The notes under the pieces were generated by a model. That model saw nothing but the letters and a program-made list of their open reading frames with translations. It searched no databases and was not told the DNA's origin. From the NCBI GenBank assembly GCA_002304995.1, contig DBPV01000044.1, positions 10,072 through 74,071 on the forward strand: DNA of 64,000 nucleotides. The letters run 5' to 3'. This document shows, piece by piece, positions 17,590 to 26,974 of the stretch. Source of the DNA: Syntrophaceae bacterium UBA1411 (GTDB lineage Bacteria; Desulfobacterota; Syntrophia; Syntrophales; Smithellaceae). Positions within the stretch are counted from its first letter, which is position 1. Every line of letters starts with the position of its first letter. A program made the position numbers and the translations under genes.

Positions 17590-18372
17590 TTATTTTGTCC
17601 GGCCGCCGAGGCTGAAAAGCGTCCGGGTATTTTCCGACGCGGTCCGGGCGACATCTTCCCAGTCCAGGCCTTTGATCGCGGCGACCTTTTTTGCCGTGTG
17701 CACGATAAAGGCGGGTTCGTTTCTGCGGCCGCGATGCGGAACGGGCGCAAGGTAGGGGCAGTCCGTTTCCAGAAGAAGCCGCTCCAGCGGCGCCTGACGG
17801 ACGACGTCGCGCAGGGTGTGCGATTTTTCAAAGGTCACCACGCCGGGAACTGAGAGATAAAATCCGAGATCGAGGCACTGCCGGGCCATCGCCCAGTCGC
17901 CGGAAAAGCAGTGGAAGACGCCCCGGCGGATGCCAGAGGCCCTGATCAGGTCCAGCGTCTCCCCATGCGCTTCCCGGTCGTGAATCACCACCGGCAGGTT
18001 CAGCTCGCCGGCCAGTTCCAGCTGCCCGGCAAACAGTTCTGTCTGCCGCCTGCGCGAAGAAAGGTTCCGGAAAAAGTCCAGACCGATTTCACCGTAGGCG
18101 ACGACTTTCGGGTCCGCCGCCAGACGCTGGAGTTCGTCGAGCACCCGATCATCGGCCGATTCCGCATCGTGGGGATGGATGCCGACCGTCGCGTAAATGT
18201 TTTCGTACCGGCGGGCGAGCGACACGGCTTTTTGACTCAAAACCGGGCTGGTTCCCACCGTAACGATGCACTCCACTCCCGCCAGTCCGGCGCGTTCGAT
18301 CACCGCCTCCCGGTCGGCGTCGAACTCCTCCATTTCCAGGTGGGCGTGGGAATCAATCAGCATAACGCTCAT
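17590..18372 (-). CDS. TatD-family metal-dependent hydrolase
   Basis: [32 protein letters not shown] at 18372 overlaps the upstream small-ORF stop as ATGA. Confidence 0.85.
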   Translation of the reverse strand: MSVMLIDSHAHLEMEEFDADREAVIERAGLAGVECIVTVGTSPVLSQKAVSLARRYENIYATVGIHPHDAESADDRVLDELQRLAADPKVVAYGEIGLDFFRNLSSRRRQTELFAGQLELAGELNLPVVIHDREAHGETLDLIRASGIRRGVFHCFSGDWAMARQCLDLGFYLSVPGVVTFEKSHTLRDVVRQAPLERLLLETDCPYLAPVPHRGRRNEPAFIVHTAKKVAAIKGLDWEDVARTASENTRTLFSLGGRTK

Positions 18373-18536
18373 TTTTCGTGCAGCTGGCACGTAATTTCTT
18401 CAGCATTTTCAGAAACATCCGGCAGCTTTTTCAGATGATTGACCAAATCTTTTTCGGCCAGTTCCCCCGTCAGCAACTTGCGGGAAATAATCCGCCGGTC
18501 CGTTTTCAGTATTTCCGCATTAACTCTCTTGGACAT
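18369..18536 (-). CDS. small ORF (55 aa), hypothetical, translationally coupled to tatD
   Basis: Not in the track because it is under 60 aa. AGGAGGAAGGCA precedes the ATG at 18536. Translation is [55 protein letters not shown]. The stop TGA overlaps the tatD ATG. Confidence 0.5.
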   Translation of the reverse strand: MSKRVNAEILKTDRRIISRKLLTGELAEKDLVNHLKKLPDVSENAEEITCQLHEK

Positions 18537-18727
18537 TGCCTTCCTCCTGCAAATAGACGCTGATTTGTTTTAATTCATTTCTGAATGTGGCGGACTAGTA
18601 TTATATTTTGGCGGCCAAATCAAGCCCCCAGCGATTATTTTGTCCGGGACGCCGGAAATTCCTCAAGTTTGCCGCTCAAACAGCCGTATATAATGAACAC
18701 CAGCGCATTTGACGGGGCCCTCGAAGC

Positions 18728-19468
18728 ATGGAAACCATGGTTTACAGAAGAACAAACGAAGCGACGGAAGCGATGCGCCGGCTCAATGCCGCTAAAAAGC
18801 ATCTCCAGGACGGCAATCTCTTTTCCAGCATCGTCGCGCTGCGCGATGTTCTGGAGATTCTGCCGAACCTGCACAACGTCCAGGAAAAGGACCAAAAGCG
18901 CCTCACGGACGCCATCAACGATTTTCTGCGCGTGCTGGCCGTCTCTCAGGAATTCAACGACCTGTACGGAAAAGTGTATTTCCGCGACGACGATTTTTCC
19001 ACGTCCTATGATTTTTTGTGCCAACTGATCCGGATCAAGGAAGAGGAAGTGGCAGAGGTGCTCGTCAATGAAACGGTCACCGGAATGCTGCAGCTTTCCA
19101 CCCTCGGCGAGGAGGACCAGAAGACGGCCCGGCTGATGGTGTCTCTGGTGGAGAGAGGGGAAGTGTCCGCGCTGCGCGATCTGGTCGCCGCCAACGAAAG
19201 CGTGGGATCGCTGGTTTTAGCCTTTTATAATGAAACGGGCATCGGCCACCGGATTTCGGGCAACGTCGACAAAGCCATCCTCGAATACAAGAAGGCCCTG
19301 TCCATCGCGCCCGGCGACGAGCATCTTTATTACAATCTGGCCCGGGCCTACCTCGCCCTCGGCCAGAAGAAGAACGCCGAAGCCTCCATCGCGCAGGCCA
19401 TGCAGATCAATCCGGACTTCCGGGAAGGGGTAAAGCTCACGCGGCATATCGAACGGCAGCCGCTCTGA
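18728..19468 (+). CDS. TPR-repeat protein, function unknown
   Basis: C-terminal TPR units (AILEYKKALSIAPGDEHLYYNLARAYLALGQKKNAEASIAQAMQINP). An in-frame stop at 18710 fixes the start at ATG 18728 or 18737. No strong SD. Confidence 0.65.
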   Translation: METMVYRRTNEATEAMRRLNAAKKHLQDGNLFSSIVALRDVLEILPNLHNVQEKDQKRLTDAINDFLRVLAVSQEFNDLYGKVYFRDDDFSTSYDFLCQLIRIKEEEVAEVLVNETVTGMLQLSTLGEEDQKTARLMVSLVERGEVSALRDLVAANESVGSLVLAFYNETGIGHRISGNVDKAILEYKKALSIAPGDEHLYYNLARAYLALGQKKNAEASIAQAMQINPDFREGVKLTRHIERQPL

Positions 19469-19472
19469 CGGC

Positions 19473-20300
19473 TCACCGTTTCAGCCGGGGATCGGACGCG
19501 TCGCGGATGCCTTCCCCGAGCAGATTGTAGCCCACCACCGTGATCAGAATCGCCAGGCCGGGATAAAGCGACAGCCACCAGGCAATGTCGATGTTGTCCT
19601 TGCCCGCCGTCAGAATGTTTCCCCAGCTCGGCGTCGGCGGCTGCACGCCGATGCCCAGAAAGCTCAGCGCCGATTCCGTCAGGATCGCGCCGGCGATGCC
19701 CAGCGTGGCCGCGACCAGAATGGATGCCAGCGCATTGGGCAGGATGTGCAGAAAGATGATCCGCCCGTCGCCCGCGCCGATGGCCCGTGCCGCCGTCACG
19801 AAATCCCTTTCCCGCAGCGAAATGAAATCCGCCCGCACCAGACGCGTCACGCCCATCCAGCCGGTAAGCCCGATAACGATCATGATGTTCCAGATGGAGG
19901 GCTCCAGAAAGGCGATCACGGCCAGAATGAGGAAGAACGTCGGAAAGCACAGCATGATGTCCACAAAGCGCATGATGAGCGCATCGATCCAGCCGCCGTA
20001 GTAGCCGGCCACCGCTCCCAGAATCGTTCCGATCAGAATGGCCAGGCCCGTGGCGACAAATCCGACCTTGAGCGAGATGCGCGCGCCCCAGATCATCCGG
20101 GACAGGACGTCCCGGCCGAGCTGATCCGTGCCGAACCAGTGGCCGGCCGAGGGCGGCGCCAGAACATTTTTGAGATCGATCGCTCCGGGATCGTAAGGCG
20201 CGAGCAGCGGCGCGAAAAGCGACACGACAAACAAAAGAGCCACGATGCCGCAGCCCGCGAGCGCCAGTTTGTTTTTGTAAAACATCTCCCAGAACGTCAT
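19473..20300 (-). CDS. ABC transporter permease, DppC/OppC family
   Basis: Multi-TM protein with the EAA-type loop (ITFLHILPNALASILV region) and an N-terminal dipeptide-permease-like segment. The ATG overlaps the upstream stop as ATGA. Confidence 0.85.
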   Translation of the reverse strand: MTFWEMFYKNKLALAGCGIVALLFVVSLFAPLLAPYDPGAIDLKNVLAPPSAGHWFGTDQLGRDVLSRMIWGARISLKVGFVATGLAILIGTILGAVAGYYGGWIDALIMRFVDIMLCFPTFFLILAVIAFLEPSIWNIMIVIGLTGWMGVTRLVRADFISLRERDFVTAARAIGAGDGRIIFLHILPNALASILVAATLGIAGAILTESALSFLGIGVQPPTPSWGNILTAGKDNIDIAWWLSLYPGLAILITVVGYNLLGEGIRDASDPRLKR

Positions 20301-21274
20301 CACGATATCCTTATTCTCGGATCCGCCACGGCATACGACACGTCCGCGATCAGATTGCCCAGAAGCGTCAGCACGGCGCCGATGAGCAAAATGCCCATGA
20401 CGGTGGGATAGTCGCGCGCCATCACCGACATGTAAAACAACTGCCCCATGCCGGGAATCGCAAAAATCGTCTCGAAAATCACGCTGCCGCCGATCAGCCC
20501 CGGAACGGACAGCCCCAGGATGGTGATCGCCGGCAGAAGCGCGTTGCGCAGCGCATGCTTGTAAATCACCTGTCTTTCGCTGAGGCCCTTGGCGCGCGCC
20601 GTGAGAATGTAATCCTGGCGGATCACCTCCAGCATGTTGGCCCGCATGTAGCGGGAAAGCCCCGCCAGTCCGCCGAACGCGGAAATGAACACCGGCAGGA
20701 CCAGATGCCCCGCCAGGTCGGCCAGCTGCGCCCAGGTGCTCAGGTACTCATAGTTGAGGGAGCGCAGGCCGGAAATCGGCAGCCAGCCCAGGTGGATGCC
20801 GAAAAAAATCATCAGAAGCAGCGCCAGCCAGAACGTCGGCACGGCAAAGCCCACGAACACGACCACCGCCGTCACCTTGTCGAAAAGGGAATCCTGGTAC
20901 ACCGCCGACAGCACGCCGATCGGCACGGCGACCGCAATGATAATCAGCAAAGACAAAACATTGATCAGAATCGTAATCGGCAGGCGTTCGAGAATCTTGT
21001 CGGCCACCGGCCGGTGATCGGAGGAAAAAGACGTTCCCAGATCGCCGCGGGCGAGCTTTTTGAGCCACGACACATACTGAACGTGCAGCGGCTTGTCCAG
21101 TTCGTAGAGGCTCAAGAGCCGTTCTTTCATTTCGGCGGAGGCTTTCGGGTTCATCTGCGTCTGCAGGTCCGTGGGTTTGCCCGGCGCCAGATGCATGACC
21201 GCGAAGCAAATGATCGTGATGCCCAGCAGAAGCGGGATCATGAAAAGGATTCTTTTGATCAGATAGCGCGTCAT
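20300..21274 (-). CDS. ABC transporter permease, DppB/OppB family
   Basis: [19 protein letters not shown] start and [27 protein letters not shown] signature loop. Confidence 0.85.
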   Translation of the reverse strand: MTRYLIKRILFMIPLLLGITIICFAVMHLAPGKPTDLQTQMNPKASAEMKERLLSLYELDKPLHVQYVSWLKKLARGDLGTSFSSDHRPVADKILERLPITILINVLSLLIIIAVAVPIGVLSAVYQDSLFDKVTAVVVFVGFAVPTFWLALLLMIFFGIHLGWLPISGLRSLNYEYLSTWAQLADLAGHLVLPVFISAFGGLAGLSRYMRANMLEVIRQDYILTARAKGLSERQVIYKHALRNALLPAITILGLSVPGLIGGSVIFETIFAIPGMGQLFYMSVMARDYPTVMGILLIGAVLTLLGNLIADVSYAVADPRIRIS

Positions 21275-21293
21275 CGGCCTGTTTCCGCTCCGT

Positions 21294-22097
21294 TCAATCC
21301 TGCCCGTCCAGCAGTTTCAGAAGCTCCATCTTCCGTACATTCTCGAGCGACCGCCACAGGTGGTCCTGGGCATGCGCCTCCAGCGTGATCGTCGGCTTGC
21401 GCCTGAGCGTCTTGATGGCGGCGGCCAGTTCCCGAAAAGGAAACGTGGCTTCGCCCACCGGCAGGTGTTCGTCAAACCGGCCGGAATTGTCATGCAGATG
21501 CAGATGGCCGATGTAGGGCCCGATCTGCTCCATCCAGTCGCCGAGCGGCGCCCGGGAAAATACGTTGAAATGGCCCGTATCGAAACAAAAGCACAAGTGG
21601 TCGCAGGAAAGGATCTCGAAGAGCCGCCGGAGGATGTCCGGCTTCTTTTCGTACACGTTTTCCAGCGCAATCACCGTTCCCGCCTCGCGCGCCGTCCGAA
21701 GCACGTCCGACCAGAACCGGACGCTGTTTTCCAGCCACAGATCATCGCAGGCCACGTAGTAGCGGTCGTCAAAGGACGGATGGCAGACCATCTTCAGCGG
21801 TTTGAAAATCGGCGCCAGTGCCAGCGCCTGACCGATTCGCTCCCGGCTGACCTTGCGGATCCGCTCATCGAGGGCGCCGGGCCGCAAATCGACAAACGGG
21901 CCGTGAAAGGTCACCTTGAGCCCCGCGTCGTGCAGCCGGAGAGCGATTTTTCGGCATTCGTCCAGAGAGATCCCCTCCAGCGCAGTGTGGCTGAAATAAA
22001 TCTCCGGATTGATTTTGTGCTCCAGAATCATCGGCAGATACCGGGGCAGGAGCTGATAGGGCATATGCGCGTGAACTCTTGCAATAACGTCAAGCAT
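21294..22097 (-). CDS. sugar-phosphate isomerase/epimerase (xylose-isomerase-like TIM barrel)
   Basis: FHGPF, ALENV, CFDTGH and HLHDN metal-ligand-like motifs. Preferred start is ATG 22097 (MLDVIARV). Confidence 0.75.
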   Translation of the reverse strand: MLDVIARVHAHMPYQLLPRYLPMILEHKINPEIYFSHTALEGISLDECRKIALRLHDAGLKVTFHGPFVDLRPGALDERIRKVSRERIGQALALAPIFKPLKMVCHPSFDDRYYVACDDLWLENSVRFWSDVLRTAREAGTVIALENVYEKKPDILRRLFEILSCDHLCFCFDTGHFNVFSRAPLGDWMEQIGPYIGHLHLHDNSGRFDEHLPVGEATFPFRELAAAIKTLRRKPTITLEAHAQDHLWRSLENVRKMELLKLLDGQD

Positions 22098-22289
22098 GGC
22101 CAATCCTTTATCAATGAATAGGGACCGTTGATTTACCATAGACGTTTTTTTTTCACAACTGCGGCGAACCGGACGACGTTTAAAATACGATATTGTCAAC
22201 TTTTTTCATTTATGCGATAGGACAGAAGCTGTCGGCAAACAGGCGCAAAGAGCGGGCTGTTTGTGCAGCTTTTCTTTAAGGAGGACCCT

Positions 22290-22685
22290 TTGGCCGTTAA
22301 AAAGAATGAGTCGGCGCGGCGGCTTATGCTGTGCATCAACGCGGTGCTGCAGAAAAAGGCAAAGAAAATTGTCGCATTAAATGTTCGGGAGATATCATCG
22401 TTTACGGATTATATGCTGATTTGCTCCGGGGGAACCGACCGGCAGGTGCAGGCCATTGCCCAGGCCGTCCAGGAACATCTGAAAAAGGAAGGCATCCGGC
22501 CGCTGGGCGTGGAAGGAGAAACCAACGCCGAATGGGTGCTCCTGGACTACGACGATGTGGTGATCTCCGTTTTTCAGGAGTCGGCCCGCTCCTTTTACGG
22601 CCTGGAAGACCTGTGGGACGCGCCGCGGATGGAGATCGACGAAAACACCACCGACATCAAGAAGCTCTCCAGGGAAATGGCTTGA
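22290..22685 (+). CDS. rsfS: ribosome silencing factor RsfS
   Basis: IVALNV, TDYMLICSGGTDRQVQAIA, WVLLDYDDVVISVF. TTG at 22290 lies 5 nt after AAGGAGG. The track start GTG at 22263 is also possible. Confidence 0.85.
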   Translation: MAVKKNESARRLMLCINAVLQKKAKKIVALNVREISSFTDYMLICSGGTDRQVQAIAQAVQEHLKKEGIRPLGVEGETNAEWVLLDYDDVVISVFQESARSFYGLEDLWDAPRMEIDENTTDIKKLSREMA

Positions 22686-23410
22686 GTCTTCGCGACTTTG
22701 TCTCCGAGATATCCGATGTTTTGTTTCCGCCTCTGTGCCTGGCGTGCCGGCGGGTGGTCCAAAGCGTTCCTCCCGCCGTCTTTTGCGCCAATTGTCTCGA
22801 CCGCATTACCTTTTTAACCGGCAGCCTCTGTCCGGTTTGCGGCGTCCTCTTTCCGGATTCGCCCGCCGGCGACCATGTTTGCGGCGCCTGCCTCGCCTCC
22901 CCGCCCTTTTTCGACCGGGCGCGCGCCGCAGTCGTTTATGAAGGCATCATTGCCGACACGATCCACCGCTTCAAGTACGGCCGCGACCTGTCCACGGGCG
23001 GCGCTCTGGCCCGTTTTCTCGCCGAGTGCCCTTTTGACGATCTGGACTGGCACCGCTGCGATGCGGTTCTCCCCGTTCCCCTGCATAAAAAACGCCTGCG
23101 CGAAAGGGGCTTCAATCAATCGCTTTTGCTGGCGCGCGCCCTGGGCAGGAAATACGGAATCGCCGTCGATTTTTCCTTGCTAAAAAGGCGCAAATTTACT
23201 TTAACGCAGACAGGACTGACCAGACAGGAGCGGGAAAAGAATATTAAAGGAGCGTTTGAGACAGCCCGGCCCGGGCAAATCGCGGACAAAAACCTGATTC
23301 TGGTCGACGATGTCTACACGACGGGGGCGACCGTCAATGAATGCGCGAGAATTCTGAAGCACAGCGGCGCGGCGGACGTGGCGGTGGTCACGCTGGCCAG
23401 GGTGATTTAG
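22682..23410 (+). CDS. ComF-family phosphoribosyltransferase-like protein
   Basis: N-terminal Cys pairs (CLACRR, CANC, CPVCG, CGAC) and a PRTase loop LILVDDVYTTGAT. A TTG start overlapping the rsfS stop (TTGA) is proposed. The track ORF start at 22331 lies inside rsfS. Confidence 0.8.
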   Translation: MSLRDFVSEISDVLFPPLCLACRRVVQSVPPAVFCANCLDRITFLTGSLCPVCGVLFPDSPAGDHVCGACLASPPFFDRARAAVVYEGIIADTIHRFKYGRDLSTGGALARFLAECPFDDLDWHRCDAVLPVPLHKKRLRERGFNQSLLLARALGRKYGIAVDFSLLKRRKFTLTQTGLTRQEREKNIKGAFETARPGQIADKNLILVDDVYTTGATVNECARILKHSGAADVAVVTLARVI

Positions 23411-23458
23411 AAAAGCCGCGCCCTTGCCGCTCTTGTTCGGAAATGGGAAGGAGTTGTC

Positions 23459-23935
23459 ATGGAAAAGATTCTGGAGAGAACTGCGCTCAAGGAAAAGCTC
23501 GACGCCCTGCGCCGGGAAGGGAAAAAAATCGCTTTTACCAACGGCTGCTTCGATATTCTGCACGTCGGCCACGTGCGCTATCTGCAGGAGGCGCGCAAAA
23601 CCGCCGACGTGCTGGTCCTGGGGCTGAACAGCGACACGTCGGTCCGGGCCATCAAGGGAGAAAAAAGGCCCCTGGTGACGGAAAGCGAGCGGGCGGAAGT
23701 GCTCGCCGGTCTGGCCTGCGTTGATTTTATAACGATTTTCGCGGAGTTGACGCCACTGGAGCTGATCTGCTTTCTGAAACCGGACCTCCTGATTAAAGGA
23801 GGCGACTGGCCGGAAGACCAGGTGGTCGGACGCAACGAAATCCGCCAGTGGGGAGGGCGCGTCACGATCGTTCCGGAGGTGGCCGGCAAATCCACCACCA
23901 ATATCGTGGACAGGGTTCTTTCCGTGTACCGGTAG
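23459..23935 (+). CDS. rfaE2: D-glycero-beta-D-manno-heptose 1-phosphate adenylyltransferase (RfaE domain II type)
   Basis: FTNGCFDILHVGHVRYL, VLGLNSD, ERAEVLAGL. SD GGAAGGAG. Confidence 0.85.
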   Translation: MEKILERTALKEKLDALRREGKKIAFTNGCFDILHVGHVRYLQEARKTADVLVLGLNSDTSVRAIKGEKRPLVTESERAEVLAGLACVDFITIFAELTPLELICFLKPDLLIKGGDWPEDQVVGRNEIRQWGGRVTIVPEVAGKSTTNIVDRVLSVYR

Positions 23936-23967
23936 GAAAAATAATCGTTTAATTCATACCTTACATC

Positions 23968-24012
23968 GAGTGGCCCGGCAGCCGGACGGTTTTCCGGGCC
24001 GCTCATTTTTTT
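23968..24012 (+). terminator. intrinsic terminator after rfaE2
   Basis: GAGTGGCCCGG, a 15-nt loop, CCGGGCCGCTC (11 bp, one G-U), then A plus T7. Confidence 0.65.
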
Positions 24013-24073
24013 GCTTTACAAACATAGGGCCATTAGGTAAAAGAGCCCAATATCATGATCATCTTATAAAGGA

Positions 24074-24463
24074 GTGGCGGCCTTGGAAAAACAAACGACG
24101 TTGAAGCCGGAAAAGCTGGAGGCATTCCGCAAACTGCTGACACAGAAAATCAATGAATTGCTGAGTGAAGCGGGAAAAACGGTTTCGGAAATGACCAGCG
24201 GCAAGGAAAATTTCCCCGATCCCAACGACCGGGCCTCGCTGGAATCCGACCGCAATTTCGAACTGAGAATCCGCGATCGGGAACGCAAGCTGATCGTCAA
24301 AATGCAGGAAGCGATCAAGCGCATCGATGACGGCACGTACGGCATCTGCGAATCCTGCGGCGGACCGATTTCCGAAAAAAGACTGATGGCGCGGCCGGTC
24401 ACGACCGAGTGCATCGACTGCAAGACCAAGCAGGAAAAAATCGAAAAGCTCAAGGGCGAATAA
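24074..24463 (+). CDS. dksA: DksA/TraR-family C4 zinc-finger RNA-polymerase-binding protein
   Basis: Coiled-coil region followed by CESCGGPI...CIDCK. Start is GTG 24074 or TTG 24083 after AAAGGAG. Confidence 0.85.
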   Translation: MAALEKQTTLKPEKLEAFRKLLTQKINELLSEAGKTVSEMTSGKENFPDPNDRASLESDRNFELRIRDRERKLIVKMQEAIKRIDDGTYGICESCGGPISEKRLMARPVTTECIDCKTKQEKIEKLKGE

Positions 24464-24485
24464 GTCTCGACAGCAACCGAACGGA

Positions 24486-24511
24486 AAGCCCCGCGAGCCG
24501 GGGCTTTTTTA
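24486..24511 (+). terminator. intrinsic terminator after dksA
   Basis: AGCCCCG, loop CGAG, CCGGGGCT, followed by TTTTTT. Confidence 0.8.
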
Positions 24512-24567
24512 TTGCCGCCCGACGTCCGGCATTTATTTTTCGAAATAAAAATGTTAATCAGCAGGCC

Positions 24568-26973
24568 ATGTACGCAGAGGTCGCCCTCAATATTCCGGCC
24601 GGCAAACGCTTCACGTATGCCGTCCCCGAAAGTCTTGCTTCCGCCGCCGCCGTCGGCAAACGGGTCTTTGTCCCTTTCGGCCGCCGCAAGCGGACGGGCT
24701 TCATCGTCTCCCTGACCGCCGGCTCCCCGCCGGCCGGCGTCAAGCCGCTCGGCGAAATTCTCGATGAAGAGCCGCTTTTCGACGCGGATGATCTGAAATT
24801 CTACTTCTGGATCGCCGATTACTTCGTCTATCCCCTCGGCAAAACGCTGGCCGAACTTCTTCCCACGGGATGGGAAAAAAAGGATCTGTTGTGGGTGACG
24901 CCCGCGCCGGCGCCGCCCGGCGTCCGGCCGACGCCGGCCCAGAAAAAACTCCTCGATTTCCTCGCTGAACATCCGCGCGGCCTTTCTCTGAACGATCTGA
25001 TCCGGCGCTCCGGCCTTCCCAACGCGGCTTCTGTATTGCGCAGCCTGCGGATCGCGGGCTTCGTGGACGTGACCGCCAGGGAAAAAAAGTCGCTGGGCAT
25101 CCGCACGCAAAAAGTTCTCGCGCTTTCCGAAACCGCCTGCCACGCCGCGCTCACACCGCGCCAGCAAACGGTCGTTGACTACCTCAAAGAAGCGGGTCCG
25201 ACGGACCTCGCCTCTCTCATGACCGCCACCGGCGCGTCGCCCGCCGTTGTGAAAAAGCTTCTGGAAAAAGGCGTCGCGCTCGCAAGCAACGCGGAAGTCA
25301 TCCGCAAAGTCCCGATCACCTCTTGTCTGGAATCCCCCCAGGGAGATCTGTCGCTTACCTGCGAACAGGAAAAGGTCTTAGGCGACATCCGCCGCTTTAC
25401 GGACGAAGGAAAGTTTCACTGCGCCCTTCTGCACGGCGTCACCGGCAGCGGCAAAACGGAAGTGTACCTGTGTGCGATCGAGCATGTCCTCGCGGCAGGC
25501 GGCCGGGCGATTTATCTGGTCCCGGAAATTTCGCTTACCCCGCAGCTCATCGCCCGGATCGCCGGACGCTTCGACACCGATAAAATCGCCGTTATCCACA
25601 GCGGCATTCCTGAAAGCGTCCGCTACGACCAGTGGCGCGAAATCCGGCGCGGACGGATTTCGCTGGTGATCGGCGCCCGCTCCGCGCTCTTTGCTCCCGT
25701 GCCGAATCTGAAACTGATCGTCGTCGACGAGGAGCACGACGGCTCCTACAAGCAGGACGAGCGTCTGTGCTACTCCGCGCGGGATCTGGCCGTCGTCAAG
25801 GCCAAGCTCTGCAACGCCGCCTGTATCCTGGGATCGGCCACGCCGGGCGTGCGCACCTTCTACAACGCCCGGTCGGGGAAGTACGCCCACCTGGAGCTGA
25901 CGCGCCGGGCAAACGACAGGCCCCTGCCCCGGATCGAAATCGTCGACATGAAACTGCAGAAAGAAGGCCCAGGCAAAGCGCCGGTTCTTTCCGAGCGGCT
26001 GGCCGCGGCCATTGCCGAAACGCTCGCGCTGAGGGAGCAGGTCCTCCTGTTTCTGAACCGGCGGGGCTTCGACACGTTTCTGGTCTGCGGCGACTGCGGT
26101 TCGCCGCTCGTCTGCCCCAACTGCGCCGTCGCCCTGAAAAGCCACCCGGCCGAAAACCTGGTCAAGTGCCACTACTGCGACTACAGCCGCCGGGCCGTGC
26201 CGCTGTGCCCGCACTGCGGCGGCAGCCGGATTCTCAACTACGGCGCCGGCACGCAGAAACTGGAAGCCGAGCTGGCCCTGCGGTTTCCCCGGGCGCGCAT
26301 CCGCCGGATGGATGCCGACACAACGTCGCGCAAAGGCGAGCAGGAAAAAATGCTCGCCGCCCTGGAGCGCAACGAAATCGACATTCTGGTGGGAACGCAG
26401 ATGATCACCAAGGGGCACGACTTTCCCTTCATCACGCTCGTGGGCGTGATTTCGGCGGACACGTCGCTCAACATGCCGGACTTCCGGGCCGCGGAAAAAA
26501 CCTTTCAGATGCTCACCCAGGTGGCGGGCCGCGGCGGACGGGGCGATACGGCGGGCCGCGTCATCATCCAGACTTTTAATCCGGACCACTACGCCTTGCG
26601 CCATGCGCGCAACCACGACTACCTGTCGTTTTATCAGGAGGAAATCGAAAACCGCCGGGCGCTCGCCTATCCGCCTTTCAGCCGTCTCATCGCGCTGCGC
26701 CTGTCCTCGTCGCGGGAAGGCCTTCTGTCCCAAACGGCCAAAGAGCTGGGCCGCGACGCCCGGACGCTCGCCTATGAAACCGGCGGCGCATTGGAAATCA
26801 TCGGACCCGCCCAGGCGCCGCTTTCCAAAATCCGCGGCGAACACCGCATGCAGATGCTGATCAAGGGAAACGACAGCCGGCGAATGCGCACGCTTGCCGC
26901 CGCGCTTCAGGAAAAGCATGCGACCAGCACGGTGAAGATCACGGTCGACGTCGATCCGGAAAACTTCATGTAG
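24568..26973 (+). CDS. priA: primosomal replication protein N' (PriA helicase)
   Basis: MYAEVALNIP start, Walker A GVTGSGKTEVY, DEEHD, Cys-rich Zn region CGDCG..CPNC..CHYC..CPHCG. ATG at 24568. The track ORF start at 24409 lies inside dksA. Confidence 0.95.
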   Translation: MYAEVALNIPAGKRFTYAVPESLASAAAVGKRVFVPFGRRKRTGFIVSLTAGSPPAGVKPLGEILDEEPLFDADDLKFYFWIADYFVYPLGKTLAELLPTGWEKKDLLWVTPAPAPPGVRPTPAQKKLLDFLAEHPRGLSLNDLIRRSGLPNAASVLRSLRIAGFVDVTAREKKSLGIRTQKVLALSETACHAALTPRQQTVVDYLKEAGPTDLASLMTATGASPAVVKKLLEKGVALASNAEVIRKVPITSCLESPQGDLSLTCEQEKVLGDIRRFTDEGKFHCALLHGVTGSGKTEVYLCAIEHVLAAGGRAIYLVPEISLTPQLIARIAGRFDTDKIAVIHSGIPESVRYDQWREIRRGRISLVIGARSALFAPVPNLKLIVVDEEHDGSYKQDERLCYSARDLAVVKAKLCNAACILGSATPGVRTFYNARSGKYAHLELTRRANDRPLPRIEIVDMKLQKEGPGKAPVLSERLAAAIAETLALREQVLLFLNRRGFDTFLVCGDCGSPLVCPNCAVALKSHPAENLVKCHYCDYSRRAVPLCPHCGGSRILNYGAGTQKLEAELALRFPRARIRRMDADTTSRKGEQEKMLAALERNEIDILVGTQMITKGHDFPFITLVGVISADTSLNMPDFRAAEKTFQMLTQVAGRGGRGDTAGRVIIQTFNPDHYALRHARNHDYLSFYQEEIENRRALAYPPFSRLIALRLSSSREGLLSQTAKELGRDARTLAYETGGALEIIGPAQAPLSKIRGEHRMQMLIKGNDSRRMRTLAAALQEKHATSTVKITVDVDPENFM

Positions 26974-26974
26974 C

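Noticed and set aside
22331-22681. The N-terminal 117 codons of the 359-aa ComF track ORF.
   Set aside because: This part lies entirely inside rsfS in another frame and is Arg/Gly/Pro-rich. ComF-like sequence begins only at about 22682.
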